A stretch of 64,000 bases of DNA from Bigelowiella natans CCMP2755 (taxonomy: Eukaryota; Protista; Cercozoa), in the NCBI GenBank assembly GCA_000320545.1, contig ADNK01001328.1, positions 1-64,000 on the forward strand, read 5' to 3'. The notes under the pieces are model-generated. The model searched no databases. It saw nothing but the letters and a program-made list of their open reading frames with translations, and had not been told where the DNA came from. The translations under genes were made by a program, and so were the position numbers. Within the stretch, counting starts at the first letter, position 1, and each line of letters opens with the position of its first letter. Positions 1 to 14,014 of the stretch are shown here, piece after piece.

Positions 1-530
1 TATGAAGTGGTGATGACGATGATGACGATGATGCTATTGGTAAAATACGACTTTAGCCTTCGTTTTTTTCATGGTATATGGGCCATCAATGATTCATCTG
101 GCATGGTGATGTACATGTCTTTAAGCTTCTTAGGATTGTACAACATTATATATTATAATTTATACTTACCACTGGTGCCATGTGGGTCGAAGTCTTATAC
201 TCTCTGCATGCGAAAATGTATATGTTAATGCTTGTTAGCAGAACGCCACACAGAGCAGCTGTGTGGGTGTGTTGAACGACGACAACCTTGAATGTTCTCC
301 CCATCATAGCGCACGGCAGTTACATTTCCCATGGCATTGATGGCCCCGCTTGGCACCTTAACATAGTTGATCGTATGACGATAATAATAGTAAATCATTT
401 AGAAGATTTCCGCTGGGAGGATAAGGGCATTGGGTGTTGGTGATACTCTCACAATGCAGATATGTTAGATGATTCCGGAACTAATTCATTCATTACCGCT
501 ATCAATTTCATCATCTACTTCATCTTCATT

Positions 531-568
<38 letters not shown>

Positions 569-742
569 TCTCATAGCAAAATGGGTAAATATTTCATTAT
601 GTGTTTAGCGGACCGCTTGGTAGTCGTCTACTTCGGAACAGCTGCATGCTCGCATCTGTATGTGTGGGAGGGGGAGAATTAGGGCTCACTATCATACGAT
701 CTTTTTAATTTTACCCTACTGTATTATTATTATTATTATTAT

Positions 743-780
<38 letters not shown>

Positions 781-1028
781 TTGCTGCAGAGATCGGGGCT
801 GTTGGAGGGGAAGATAGGGGGCATCACAACGAATAATTCGTGATATCCGGTATGTGTAGTGTGGTTGGTGTAACGCTCTTGCGTATGTTCATTGTAAATG
901 GTACATACCTCACGGATGTAGCAGAGAACAAAGGCAAAAAGTGCATAAACCACACAGACAGAAGTTGAAATAATTGCGACCCCTGCGAGCACAAGTGTTA
1001 AGTATTGATCAAAACATTTCGGGCGCAT
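1..1028 (-). CDS. 5' part of a spliced gene running off the left edge; N-terminal hydrophobic (signal/TM) segment; product unknown
   Basis: ATG at 1028 gives MRPKCFDQYLTLVLAGVAIISTSVCVVYALFAFVLCYIRE followed by a GTATGT donor (~908). Further candidate minus exons, e.g. VPSGAINAMGNVTAVRYDGENIQ (~288-356), and a GTAAGT donor near 169. No family recognised. Confidence 0.4.
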
Positions 1029-1046
1029 TTAGCCACCATACATAGT

Positions 1047-3408
1047 ATGGATGCTTTGTATATGTTGGTGGGTTTGCTGAGCCTCACCGCACTGAGAGAG
1101 AAGGCCTGTGGCGATCGTCCAAGAGTTACAAATCATATCTGGTTTGGCTCCTCCAGGGTGGGGCTGGCAGACGAGTTCAGTGGTACAGAAGTAAATCTTC
1201 TGATGGTCATGTCGCAAGGTCGTAATCATCTTTGTTTTGCGAGTTTTGTGTTTCTAATGTTCATGTCGCAAGGTGGCAATCTACTGTGTTTTGCGGGTTT
1301 TTGTGTTTTCCTAGACTCTACGAACAACATGGTACCTATTTGAAGCTACGGCAACGAGAAGAGGAGAGAAGAAAAAAGGAGCACAATGATGTTTCCTCAG
1401 CAGCGGAAAGTAGCAAAGCGACAATAAATTATGGAGTATTACAGGATGAAATCGAGGCGATTTCTTCCAGAAGCAGAGCAGCAGCATGAATGTATGTGAA
1501 TAAATGAGAATGACTTCGATGACAATGGTGTACCACGATGAGAGCACACACCGTCCACAATGCAACGGGAACAAGAGGGAACAAATGAAGATGATCACGG
1601 ATTCTAACTCCCACTCTCTTACTAAAACACTAAACACTACTCGGGACTTCGCCCTGCGCCTTGATGACGATCTTAAAAAGCTTGAGACTAATCTGCAGCG
1701 GCTGGAAGACATCGAAGAGGAAGAATCCAAGCGGCTTAAGATCCTCGAGGAAAAGATGGCGACTCTCATCGAAGAAAATCAGGTGAGCAAGCATTGACTG
1801 TTTTGAAAGAAGAGTAGTTTTTCTATGCTTATGGTTACAGCTTTCATCTAAAGTCTTCGGCCCCTCTCTCTTTCCGTCGCGCCTCCTTTGACTACACAAC
1901 GTTTGTTCGTTAGATGCTGGAACAGGAAGACCTGCGATTTCGAAGCATAGTGAACCATTTCAGAGAGGTAGCAGTCTCAAAGATCAAGAATCACCGAGAG
2001 ATTAATGGGTCATGCTTCGGACCAGATCTTGCTAACGTGAAGAAGGTGAAATGTCAGCACGTCTACTCGGAACAACTTACTGTGCAACCTGTGGCAGTGG
2101 TGGTGAATGTAGGAGAGGTCTTCCGAACTGAGATTCTTCCCAGTAAAAATGAACGAGTTTCCATTCTAAATTTCATTTTGAGGCAAATCTGGATTGACAT
2201 AGGCATCATTGACGCACAAATTACTTACTACTCTCCTGATTCCTGACAACATTCTTCGTATCTATGATGAACATGATGTCGTAGGTGGTTAAGTTACCAC
2301 ACATGTCTCGATGGAACGTCCATTTGCTCGTCGTTTGGTTGCAACAGGTGTTTGAAAGATCGTCAATGAGAAATAGAAGCCCTCGTTCTTTGAGGAAATA
2401 TAGAGTCTGAATTCTTCCTCCTCATCTAGCACTACCCATAACGTGTTATCACTATCCCAGATGGAAGAATACAGTACCGAACTTACCAGAAGAATTCTTG
2501 AGAGGTGTAGCTCAGTGATGCAAAATACAGCTTCTTTATGTCTTTCTTTCTTTCTTTCTTTCTTGTTGCTGTTGAAACAGAGGCTAAGCAGTCTGTTTCG
2601 TTATTATTGTTATTTTTATTATTATTATTATTACTACTACTACTATTGTTACTATCTTTGTTATTTGTGTGCTACTACTACTACAACTACTGCTACTACT
2701 TTCGCTACTGCTACAGTTCCATATCAGGACAAAAGCTACTTAGCATTGTATCGTGCGGTGATCAGAGTCATTGCATCAATAATCTCGTGGAAAATCTGAA
2801 ATGCACAAGGTAATGAGGTTTATAACTTCACTATGTGTTTACTCTTTCTGTTGCATGGTCGGCAAGTAAGTAAGTTAACATGAAATATATGCTCAAAGTA
2901 TTTAATAGCAGTGTGTAGGTTTTTCACAGAGCAAAGCCACAAATGCTGTCGATACTCAATACCTCCATTTGCCTCTTTCTTGGTCACATCAGAGAACAAG
3001 CAGTTTTTGTCAAAAAAAAGGTTTTGGAGTATCTCTGCGGAGATGATGTCAATCGTCCGCAAGCCACAAGACGACCTGAGTAAGTTTTGAAGTATATTTA
3101 TAAAAATTTGCACATACATAAACACACAGTTCCACATAAATCCTCATCCGGGTGTTATGGATTTATTCATATCATTAATTATTGTGTGTATGCTTGCCAT
3201 TAAGGGTATAATAATGCACATGACACATGCAAACATATCCACTGCTACCTCGCTTATTAGTCTGTCACTCTCCCACCACTCACTCGTCGAAACATACCCC
3301 AATACTGCTCATAAGCATTAAATACATACCACCAGGTTTTTTTATTACATTTCGCTACTTTTTAGGTTTTCTCATCGACGAAGTGTTTATCTTTTTATCA
3401 TCATCATT

Positions 3409-3440
<32 letters not shown>

Positions 3441-4377
3441 TATCATCATGGCCGTTATCCTCCTTCACTTCCTCCTTTTTCTTTTTTCAGGTGGTATATT
3501 GAGATCGACGAGGAATCCGTACTGAGCGTCGTTGGAAATGTGGCAGTTGATACGCTATCGTTCAACACAAGTAATCTAGATCAGGCAATCCAGCAGCAGC
3601 AGCAGCAGCAGCAACAACAACAACAAAAGCAGCAGCAACTCCGTAAAACAATGGCAACAACAGATGATAAGCAGCGAAATGAAGAACATCAAGCAGCTGC
3701 CAGCACCAGTATCGTCACACAAACGAGGATGAATGCGAAGGAAGAGTATGTCCGTAGCCGTCTTCCGAATGCGTATTGGCTGTACGCAATCGAAGTGATG
3801 ATGACGGTGATACCTCCTTCAAGCATCACAAACACCACAAATATCTGTGATAGCATTAAGAAGACTGATAGGGAGGGAAATAGAGTAGCAACAACAACAA
3901 CAACAATAATAACAACAACAACAACCACGAAGCTGAGAGTACAACTATCATCACAGCATCAGCAAAAAGAGGAGGAGGATGGTGAAAAGGTGGACAAAGA
4001 AGTGTGTAAAGAACCGTGCAGGTGTTATTAGAGATGTTTATTTTCCTATACCAACTATAACCCATTGGGTTTATAAACTAGTACATCGATAATGTGTTGA
4101 ATTAGATCATTATAGATGAGAAAGTATCATCGATGGTGACATGTCCAGCTCCTGTCATTGCTACTAATTCCATCAATTGTTTGCCCCCCTCCTTATTTTG
4201 GTTTTGATCAGCTATCACACACACACACATACACACACACACACACACACACAAACACTTACTTGATAGATGGGGGATATTAGTGGAGTCTAAGCTGCCA
4301 GTTGACCAATTCCCACCGATACGAGTCTTCCTGAAGGATCAAATACAGGTACTAGTGCGTGCCCTATAGTAGTAGTG

Positions 4378-4414
<37 letters not shown>

Positions 4415-5558
4415 TAGACAAGCTTGAATTTACTATTGGCATTCTTTGGTAGGCCTCCTACGCACGTTTTGTGTACATAGGGCCAATCGTTTTGGATTCT
4501 TCTCCCTACCCAGATCACAATGATGACAACGATGATGACGATGATGATGATGAAGATGATGATGGAGATGATGATGGAGAGATCAGAAAGGACACCAAAC
4601 AAATAGAGTATCATTCTGACGACGCAAGCATAAATGATGATGATGATGATAATGAGGAGCATAGTGCATTCCATTCGTCCTCCCAGAGGATCATCATTCG
4701 GAAGAATTTGATACTTTTGAATCATCATCATAATCTTCTGCGTCTCGTCACGGAGTGTAAGGAATTGGTACTTTGTTAGTAGCGATGAGCAACGATAGCA
4801 AATGATAAATAGATAGATAGGTGGATCAATTTCTGATAATGATGATGATGATGTGTGTGTGATGATAGATGTAATAGTAGCGTATACTTGTCCAGGTGTA
4901 TTTGGGAAATAACAATGTAGTAAGTTGCTTATTCTGATCCTGCCCCCCCTCCCTTCTTCTTCTTCTTCTTCTTCTTCTTCTTCTTCTTCTTCTTCTTCTC
5001 CAAAATGGTGTTTTTACAGCCACAGGTGGTTGCACAATCAAGCAGTGCTTCTCCCTCCTTCTCATCAACAAATAATCACGGCATTCGTGATCGTCATTGG
5101 TCTCCTCCTCTTCCACATCATCATCATCATCACCATCATCGTTTGGAGTACCTTGTGGTGCCTCTACGGAGTATTCCCTCCTCTTCATCCTCTTTTACTG
5201 ATGCAGAAGGAGGCGGAAATAGTGGAGAAATGATCAACGAGAAGTTAGCACCACGTGGGTATGGCATCGACTGGAAAAGGGCTAAAATTCCTTACGATGG
5301 CACTGGCGGGTAAGAAATGGTGGAAAGAATAATATATAGTGGAAAATATATTATTATCTCGGATAGAAACTGCATTAATAACAGATCACTCATAGAATAA
5401 ATTGTTTTAAAATGCACACTTGCTCTTCTATAAATCAAACATGTGAATGTACACGTGACACGTACACACATGTGGACATACAAACACATAATATTACAAA
5501 TTTGAAAATTATTATTACTCACACAAACGATTAGGCCCCCACATCGTCCTCATCGTCG

Positions 5559-5596
<38 letters not shown>

Positions 5597-6037
5597 TTGC
5601 CCTTAAATCATCATCTTTCAATCAGAGATCCTGCCGATTTGAAGCTGCTGCGTGAGTCACCTTCACAGTATATTCTCTTACGAAATGGAAAGTCGTATCT
5701 CTGTGCTGGTGTACCTGGACATATACGTGGAGGCTCGTACATCCCGTTGAAGAAGAAGAAGGAAAACTACTGCAGGGGAGAAACGTTCCAGCAGTACTAC
5801 TTCAGAAAGGTAAATCATATTTAGTGGCGACGAGGAGGAATATAATACTATGGGAGAGAAACTGCACCTTATTATTCTTCTTCTTCTTCTTCTTCTTCTT
5901 CTCATTATTCTTCTTGAATTGCCTCCTCCGTATCATCATCATTAGTATAAATTGCGGATCCAACATGATGAGCCACTTGTAGAAGTTTATCCGCTTTTTA
6001 AGCCAAAAAGGTGGAGAAGAGGATAGGCGTAGCAGCG

Positions 6038-6077
<40 letters not shown>

Positions 6078-6572
6078 AAGAAGAAGAAGAAGAAGAAACT
6101 TAGGTTGAGCAACGTACGTCTTCTCATCATACAAGCAAACACACACACACATACACACACATCACTAACTTAGGTCGGCGCTACGTCCCTATGTATCTGC
6201 TGAAGGCTATGTCAATCAATTCGTTCCTGTGCAGCAGCTACGAGTGTATCACACTGATTTTAGGAGGGTTGGAAGGCTTGTTTCCATATTGTATCGATTA
6301 GACAACTTGATGGTCGCACATAATCTTGCCATGCAGATAGGGCTGCCAAGGACAAGCAACGTAATGTCTCGTCTTGTCTCAACCTTTCGTCATCATCATC
6401 AGCACCAGCAGCTGCATCAGCAGTGTCATTGTTGTTATTGTTGACATGTGTCGCTTTCTGACCGGCACCAATATCATGCAACACGCATATTTTTGTTGTA
6501 ACTCAGCTTGATCTAATCCGCCAGGCCCTCACCCACAAGTAGTATTATAGGATATTTTAGTAGTGGCGGTAC

Positions 6573-6607
<35 letters not shown>

Positions 6608-7083
6608 GTATGGTAATGTTGCCACGGGATAGAGATGATGCTTGGAATTATTACTTTGCTGTTTGTGGGAAGTTGAGTTATCAGCGGTAGGAACTACAAA
6701 GGAGAGAAACTAAGTGAGAAGGAAGAGAAATCCGTCAGGAAGAAGAAGAAGAAGAAGAAGAAGAAGAAGAAGAAGGAGGGGTATGGAAGGGTGTTGATAG
6801 GATATGGGCCTTAATCATATACTACTACCACTTGCACCCCTTCTCCTCCTCCTCCTCCTCCTACTGCTACTGCTACTACTACTACTACTGCTACTACACA
6901 CTTTAGGGCTGCTGATGAACAAGAGAACTATGAACGTCTAGAGCTATTAGGCGATGCTTTACTAAAGGTGACTATTGCTTATCGTCATTATTCTCATAAT
7001 CATCAATAATAAATAATAACAATCTTGCTTCTACGTCAGTTTAATATCTCTCTACGGCTGCTAGACACCAAGCTAGAGTCTTT

Positions 7084-7115
<32 letters not shown>

Positions 7116-7209
7116 TGTCGTCGCCCTCTCCCTCTGCTTGTATTTTCTCATCGTACTCTCACCACCATGATCAAATTCTCTCGTCATTCTCGTGTTCAGT
7201 ATCCCCATT

Positions 7210-7241
<32 letters not shown>

Positions 7242-7664
7242 TCTTATCATTGGAGGGTCTAAGAGCGAATTTGGAGTCAAACGAAGCTTTCTGCAACGTT
7301 GCGCTGCAATACAATTTGCACAAGTCAGAAGAGGAAGAGGAGGATGATAGATGATGATAACAAAAAAGGAAGAAGGGAGAGAGGGGGAGAGAGGGGGAGA
7401 AAGAAGAATTATTGTATAATCTCCAACACTCCTGTTTTGATGGGTTCTTTTAAAAGGTATTCATGAATGAATGTATATAGTCTGACAATATTTCTCACTA
7501 AAAAATAGTGTGATAGTACTTCAACGAAGTTTTCGCATGATCTCGATATATTCTTGTTTTCTTCCTTTCCACATTCTGCTGCATTGACTAGAAGAGTTCT
7601 ACATCTCCTTCTCCTCCTCTTCATCTTTGCTGCTTTACTGACTTCCTTGCTCTATGGGTTGCAT

Positions 7665-7701
<37 letters not shown>

Positions 7702-9602
7702 TTTACCACCTTTAGGTATGCCATATACAAGCCGTTTCAACCGCATTACTATTGCTTGCCGCATTTTATCCCACACGATTCTAGCAATGCTGCTGCTAAT
7801 CACAAGATGCCAGAGAAGCTTCCCCCTGATATTGTGGAGTCTATTACAGTTAATGAAGTTTATATATTGTCCTATGTGTGCTTTTGTGTGTGTGTCTCTC
7901 TCCCCCCCCCCTCTCTCGGTGTCTGTGCCTCTGTGTGCATGAGAAGGAAACGGAAAGAAAATAGAAGGGAGACATCAACCTTTCCGACATTTCGTACTCC
8001 CTAATATATACTAATATATACTGCGTCTTATTTGTCTAACACTTCTCTCTCTCCCTCTCTCCCTCCCTCCCATATTTCTGCTGCTGATGATCATGCATAC
8101 TGGTGTTGGTAGGGGGCATGCTTTATAGAAAAGGACTATTTCTACGCCTTATCATTTCTACGGTATCTGAATATGCCTATAGCCAGATGCTGCCTCACAT
8201 TCAACTGTGAGTCAATATACTCAGCAATTCTCTCAAAAGAAGGAGTAGCTACGAGTAATCAAGGTGAAAAATGGGAAAAGGATGGAGAAAGGAAGGTGGC
8301 ACATCCTTCTAGAAGCAGTGAATGGAAACTACAAGAAAGAGAACTGGGCTATGAATTTCTCAATCCAACGCTACTAGGTATTGCGCTGCGGCTGAGGGGG
8401 AAAGCAGTAAATGTTAAGATCAAAGAAGAGGAAGAAGATGATAGGGAGGAAGAGGAAAGTAACGAAGAAGAAAGCGAGGATGAAGAGATCTTGCAAGAGG
8501 TTACCATTCATTCATTCATTCATTCACATGCATTTTCCAAATTTATGCAGGTATACTACCAAACAAATATGATAAGATGATGAAGTACGACTTCCTTATT
8601 TACATATTATGTTTTTGTTGTCATAGTCCACTCTTCCTACACAATTCTTGCAATGGTTTCCACGTTGTTGTTGTTGTTGTGTTGATGATGATGATAATGA
8701 TGATGGTGTTATTATCGTCATCTTAGGACGACGGTAGCTCACCACTGCCATCTGCGGAAGACTTGTGGTTCCTCGGTGACACGGTTGTTTGATCATGCAT
8801 TACTGCTGCATGTATACCCCGCATGGAAGAAAAAGAGTTGTTGTTGTTGTTGTTGTTGTAGTTGCTAGTTGCTAGTTGCTAGTTACTAAGATGATTCGAT
8901 AAAACATATCTGGTTTGTCAAAATCAAAAAGGCACCGCGTTAGATGTAATCATTACAGATTCTTACAATCATTTCGCCTTCTCCTCATAGAATCTTTGTC
9001 TGCGTCTCCCCATACACTTCTTCTTTCCTCGTTTACCCCATCTATCTATCAAGATTGTCCGGTTGGCAATGTTAGCATACTTTCACCGTGCATACCCCTA
9101 TCTGGAAGAAAATCAGATAAATGAGAAGCTGAAGGACAATTTACATATATCAAGATTGATGGATTGGTTCTTTACCTCTAGTCTCACCTCACACTTCTTT
9201 TTCGAGGTGAACCACAAACAGCAGCAGCGACGTAGTAAACAGCAGCAGCAGCAACAACAACAACAACTGGGTCATCATTCTCGACGTTATCGTCATACGA
9301 AGCTTCTCCTAGAGCTTTGTAGAATATGGAAGAAGGGTAAGCAACAAGCAGAGGAAAAGTCAGTAAGGAGAAACAACGACAACGACATTTGCCAATACTA
9401 CTATATGAAATATATGGAAGAACAACTCGTAGGGACTAACTACTTTAAAGAGGCAACAAATATAATCAAAGGATGCTTCAAGAGCATCATTGCAGCCGTT
9501 TTCCTTGATAGCAATCGCAACTTTATAACAGCGTGCAGGGTATATGCCAAGCTCACTAAATCTTCTCATATTACCATAAATTCTTGTGAAAATGAAAATT
9601 AA
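1047..9602 (+). CDS. DCL: Dicer-like ribonuclease: N-terminal coiled-coil extension, platform, PAZ, connector helix, RNase IIIa, degenerate RNase IIIb; no recognisable helicase or dsRBD (core 3491-9602 secure; 5' part and start tentative)
   Basis: Spliced exons give platform motifs YWLYAIEV...CRWGILVESKLP...FPPIRVF and YLVVPL...IDW; PAZ ETFQQYYFRK|YKLRIQHDEPLVEV; connector LVSILYRLDNLMVAHNL; IIIa LIRQALTHK|...ENYERLELLGDALLK (6907-6967), LESNEAFCNVALQYNLHK and KLPPDIVESIT|GACF; IIIb LGYEFLNPTLL, AEDLWFLGDT|IVRLAMLAYFHRAYPYL and IKGCFKSIIAAVFLDS; stop at 9600-9602. Motif order is collinear with canonical Dicer. Confidence 0.92.
1196..1310. repeat. Imperfect tandem duplication (~55-bp unit x2) in an intron
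   Basis: tcatgtcgcaaggt...tgttttgcg..ttttgtgttt occurs twice (about 1207 and 1261). Confidence 0.7.
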
Positions 9603-9719
9603 TTTTTCGGATGACAAGATAGCATGTTTTGATCAGTTTTTGAAGAAAATCATCGAGAGGCGAGGGCTTAGTACATCGTCACTACTGTGAGCTGCACAAT
9701 CGTTTTTTGTCCCTTAAAA

Positions 9720-10260
9720 TCACGATGTGCATGTAATGATGACAAAATTGTCATGGCTGCTAATTGTGGTGGTATGCCATGCTAGCATGCTAGCATGTGC
9801 TGACATCCAATTGTCCCCGCACAAGTGCACAGCATTGGCCATGCTAGCATGATGTGCGAAGCGATGCTGTAGCGAGCTGCGAGTGAAAAAAATGGTGCCT
9901 CCAATCTAGCAATGCACACTAACTGCTAAATGCAGCTCTAGAGCTGGACATCTAGATTTGTCTGGACATCGATCTGCAACTGACCATTGGTCCTTCTTGC
10001 ATTCATGCATTCTAGCATTGCTAGATGCTGCGTGACCCAGCCGGTGCTAGCTAGCTAGCTAGAGTGCGACAGCAACTCGTTCTAGTCGTTGTATGCACAT
10101 GCTTTCACATCGCATGTCACGTTCTAGCGTTGTCTACAATTGTGATGTTTACTAGCTCTCTGTAGTGCACTCTAGCAATCTAGCAATGTATGTGTGCTTG
10201 ACCCTAACTAGCTAATTCTATATCGCCACATTGTATGCACATGCAGGTACACAAACTAGA
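9720..10260. other. Palindromic-word-rich non-coding tract at convergent junction 1 (Dicer / RhoGAP-Costars)
   Basis: About 19 CTAG by eye in ~540 bp (roughly 2 expected), plus many GCATGC/TGCA/AGCT; no credible ORF. Confidence 0.75.
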
Positions 10261-10533
10261 TCTGAACGCAACATTTCTTTAACATTAGGCATGGTATTGC
10301 AAAACCCATGCTTATCCGCCTTGATATAATTAGAAGGAAGTCGTCAGCGTCAACATATAATAAGCGCACTGCTGTTTTGCTAGTCTAGAGATGAGAAAGA
10401 GGCGATTGTATCGAGACCGGCTACAAACGGCAAACACGTTTAAAAATGAATGAGTAAGGCCTAGGTATCTTTGCCCGAAGAAGGCTGCTATGGCCAACTA
10501 CTCTGAAACAATAGATATCGGTTTTGCTACTAA

Positions 10534-11042
10534 TTACTGTTTTTTTTTACCGTCTGCACCCCAACCCCATCCTGCTGCCTTTTCCGTCAATGATATAATT
10601 ACGTTATCAGAGCTATTTATTGCGACATAATGACGATGCGGTGATGATGACGATGACGATAATGATGCCAGATTGATAATGATTGTCCATGGTGTTTTTC
10701 CCAAATAACACACAATCAAGAAGCAGCAACAACACAACACAGAGAGAGATTTACTCAGTTATTGCTTTCTTCCGTTTCCCATCTTAGGAGTGTGAAATAA
10801 TATCGACGCTGCTAAATATGTGTGATTCCATACGCTGGTTCTCTAATTTATTTACCTCCCTTGCCATAACATGTCACCTTCGAATGCAACGACTTTGTAC
10901 TTGCGAGCTCTCTGCAAAGATAACACCATAGCAAACTATAATGATGACGATGATTATGAGCAATGATTTTGTTATTGAATGATGATGATGATAATGAATA
11001 GGATATAGCAGCAAAGATAGACAGAACATACAGGTGACCACA

Positions 11043-11081
<39 letters not shown>

Positions 11082-12774
11082 CCACCTTGAGGATTCCAAC
11101 AAGAGTATCGCTTATGTCCTGATAAGCGACGAACAACGTGCCAAATCTGACAACACACGCACATGTAACGTCATCATACGCGTGCGAAAGAAATCACCAT
11201 TCTAGTCGTCATTCAATCAAAATGACACCGCAACAACAACAACGACAACAACAACAACGAAGGATCACGATGTATGGAGCCATTATGGCACCTTATCTCG
11301 TGTAAGCCGCCTTGAGAACTTGCTGCCTTTGCACCAATGCGTCTAATCACACCGAGAAGGACCTGGAGGTGTGGATGCATACATGATAATGATGATGATG
11401 ATGATAATGATGATAACGATGGATGTTGATTATAATTAATAGATGATAATATCCGTTTTTCCATACGTTCCTTTAGCTTACTACAAGCTTTATCATCATA
11501 ATAAAAATGGAAGTGGTAGGAGTAGTAGTACCCCAACTTGCTCCTTGACCCATTCAGTCGCCCTCTTTGCACGTGCCGCACTACGAATCAGATCAGCCAC
11601 CATCAAGAATGATGATATCCATGCATTTATCGTTGGGGTGTTTGTTTTAAAGAAGAAGAAGAAGAAGAAGAAGAAGAAGAAGAAGAGGCAATCAACCACT
11701 TATTCAATAAAACAAAACAATGTTGTCGATAAGGAGGAGGGGGGTAGGAGTAAAGGGAAGAAGCAATAAAGAAAAATATAAATGGAGAAAACTCATATAA
11801 CAAATAAATAAGTATTGATAGCAATAGAGAAGAATATATATGGAGAAAACTCATACAACAAATAAATAAGGATTGATAGTTCCTTCTCCTCCGTGCTTGT
11901 CTTCTTCATCATGTCCTTCTTTTGTTGACTCTTAACCCCCCCCCCCCCCCCACCCCCCCCCCCTCCTCACCTCTTGCTTCCTTCTGGTGCCTGTCCATAA
12001 CCTTATTAGTGAGTTAATCACCAATAATAGCAATAAGAGAACAACAGTGATGATGATGATCTTAGAGGAGGAGGTGGTGGAGGAGGAGGAGGGGGAAGAG
12101 TGCTGGAATTCTTTCAGAACGAAATAAGACATACATTGCCACACACACACACATACTCACGTATACAAAAAGGGGGGGAGGGGGGGGAGGGGAAAGATTC
12201 TGATCAATCTCACGTAGGAAGCAGCAGCACGCAGAGTCAAGCAATCAATGGTAGGATGATGCATTTTCACAAAGATCACATCCAAACAATTTATGGTAAG
12301 ACGCATTTCCACAGATATATCACATCCCCCTCTTCAATATCTGTCGCCTCCTTTCTCCTTCCATACCTTTAGCCCCTTTCTTGAGTCCCTTCGATGCCTG
12401 TTGGTAAGAGGGGGGGGGGGGGTAATGGTGTGCATATGTGAAATATGATGATGATGATGATAATGATGATGATGATTTTGTCTAATAAGATATTGAAAAG
12501 ACCAAAAGAATCAACGCACAAATATTTGCAACGACATTTCGTTATCGTCCGTGGTTTTGATCCATGATGTTGTGCCTCCACCATTATCATCATCATCATT
12601 ATTCTCGTGGCTGAATACATGCTAGTAGAAGTAGTAGTAGTACCGAAGCATCGTAGTGTTTCGAGAACACATTCCTTTTTGCTGAGGCGTTGGCGTCGGC
12701 CGCCTACACGTGTACAAAGTTGAGAGTCGATAATTGAATAACAACGAAGAGGAAGAAGAAGAAAGCCCATCAAA

Positions 12775-12814
<40 letters not shown>

Positions 12815-13979
12815 GATTAGTGATGACATCAATTGATTCAGTACACCTACCTTTGAGTCCCACATAGAAGCCATAGCACCGAACTTGCCGCCCTTTACCG
12901 CACACACACACACACACACACATACACACACTCTTATGAACACATTGATAAACACATATTATAGCGGTTTTCATCACCTTCTTGGCAAATGTATGCTGAT
13001 TGCTTGTTACTACATGCTGTACTACCATTTTCTTCCCAGATTTCTTGCCGCTCTTCTTTTTCTTTAGCCTGTCGCGCCTTTCTTTCTCTCTGTGCATATG
13101 TATGATTTATACGAATACCATATACTTTAATAATGCACGATGTGCTTATATCTATCATGCACGAGGAGATTCAAGTCTGATGCTGAATGATATTACTGTT
13201 GTTCTGCTTTCTTCACTTCTGCCGCCTAAAATCGGAGAAACACAGAGATGATGTACTACAGTACACATCGACAGCTACATGCACAGATATGAAGTATTAT
13301 CTTCACCTCTTCCGCTTTTCTCTTCTCTTCGGCTCGATTTCGTGCCTCCTGAGAAGATTGGTTGCAGAATAGCGATATGAATATGAGGATGATAATGTTA
13401 CAGGTGGTGAGATCATGTTGTCGTGTATCTATCACCTTCTCGGCCTTAAGACGTTTGGCTTCCTCCTCACGTCTCTTGATCTCATTCTCGAGACTATGTA
13501 CAGCAAAGATGTAGAATGACAGTTGGTGATGATGATGATGATTATGATGATGATGACACGATATCGATCAAATTCACAATACAACTACAGCTTACTACCG
13601 TATCTTCTCTTTCCTCTGCCTTTCTTGCTCCTCTAACACTGAGTAGTAGTAGTAGTGGTGGTGGTGGTAGTAGTAGTAGCAGTACATACTTAACAACTGT
13701 GCATCATCATCACCACCATCACCATCATTATCATACTACTAGTAGTACATTTCTGTTGTTTTCTCCGTTGTTCTGCTTCGAATCGCCTCTGCCGTTCCTT
13801 CTCTTCAGCTTCTCGCTCTGCTTCCGCCCGAGCCTTTGGTAACACACCGTCGTTAGCATAGCTATGTTGTTACGATCTATTGTTGTCTTTGTCTATGTAC
13901 GGGTCCCTTGTGAGACAGGGGAAAAGGTGCATTTTTTAAGGGAAAAATACATATGAAATCCCCAGCAAATGCTGCATGT

Positions 13980-14014
<35 letters not shown>

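Noticed and set aside
1232-1489. Apparent separate + gene ending at TGA 1489
   Set aside because: An alternative GT-AG splice (1391-1470, then 1492-1575) keeps the frame open into the coiled-coil exon, and no terminator-like tract follows; treated as part of the Dicer 5' region, though unproven.
2919-3152. Faint resemblance of ...QDDLIPH to the end of the Dicer DUF283 domain
   Set aside because: Too few matching residues and the reading frame is ambiguous; needs an HMM search.
8551-8655. Possible extra Dicer exons needing non-canonical splice sites
   Set aside because: A direct phase-0 splice from 8499 to 8727 explains the protein without them.
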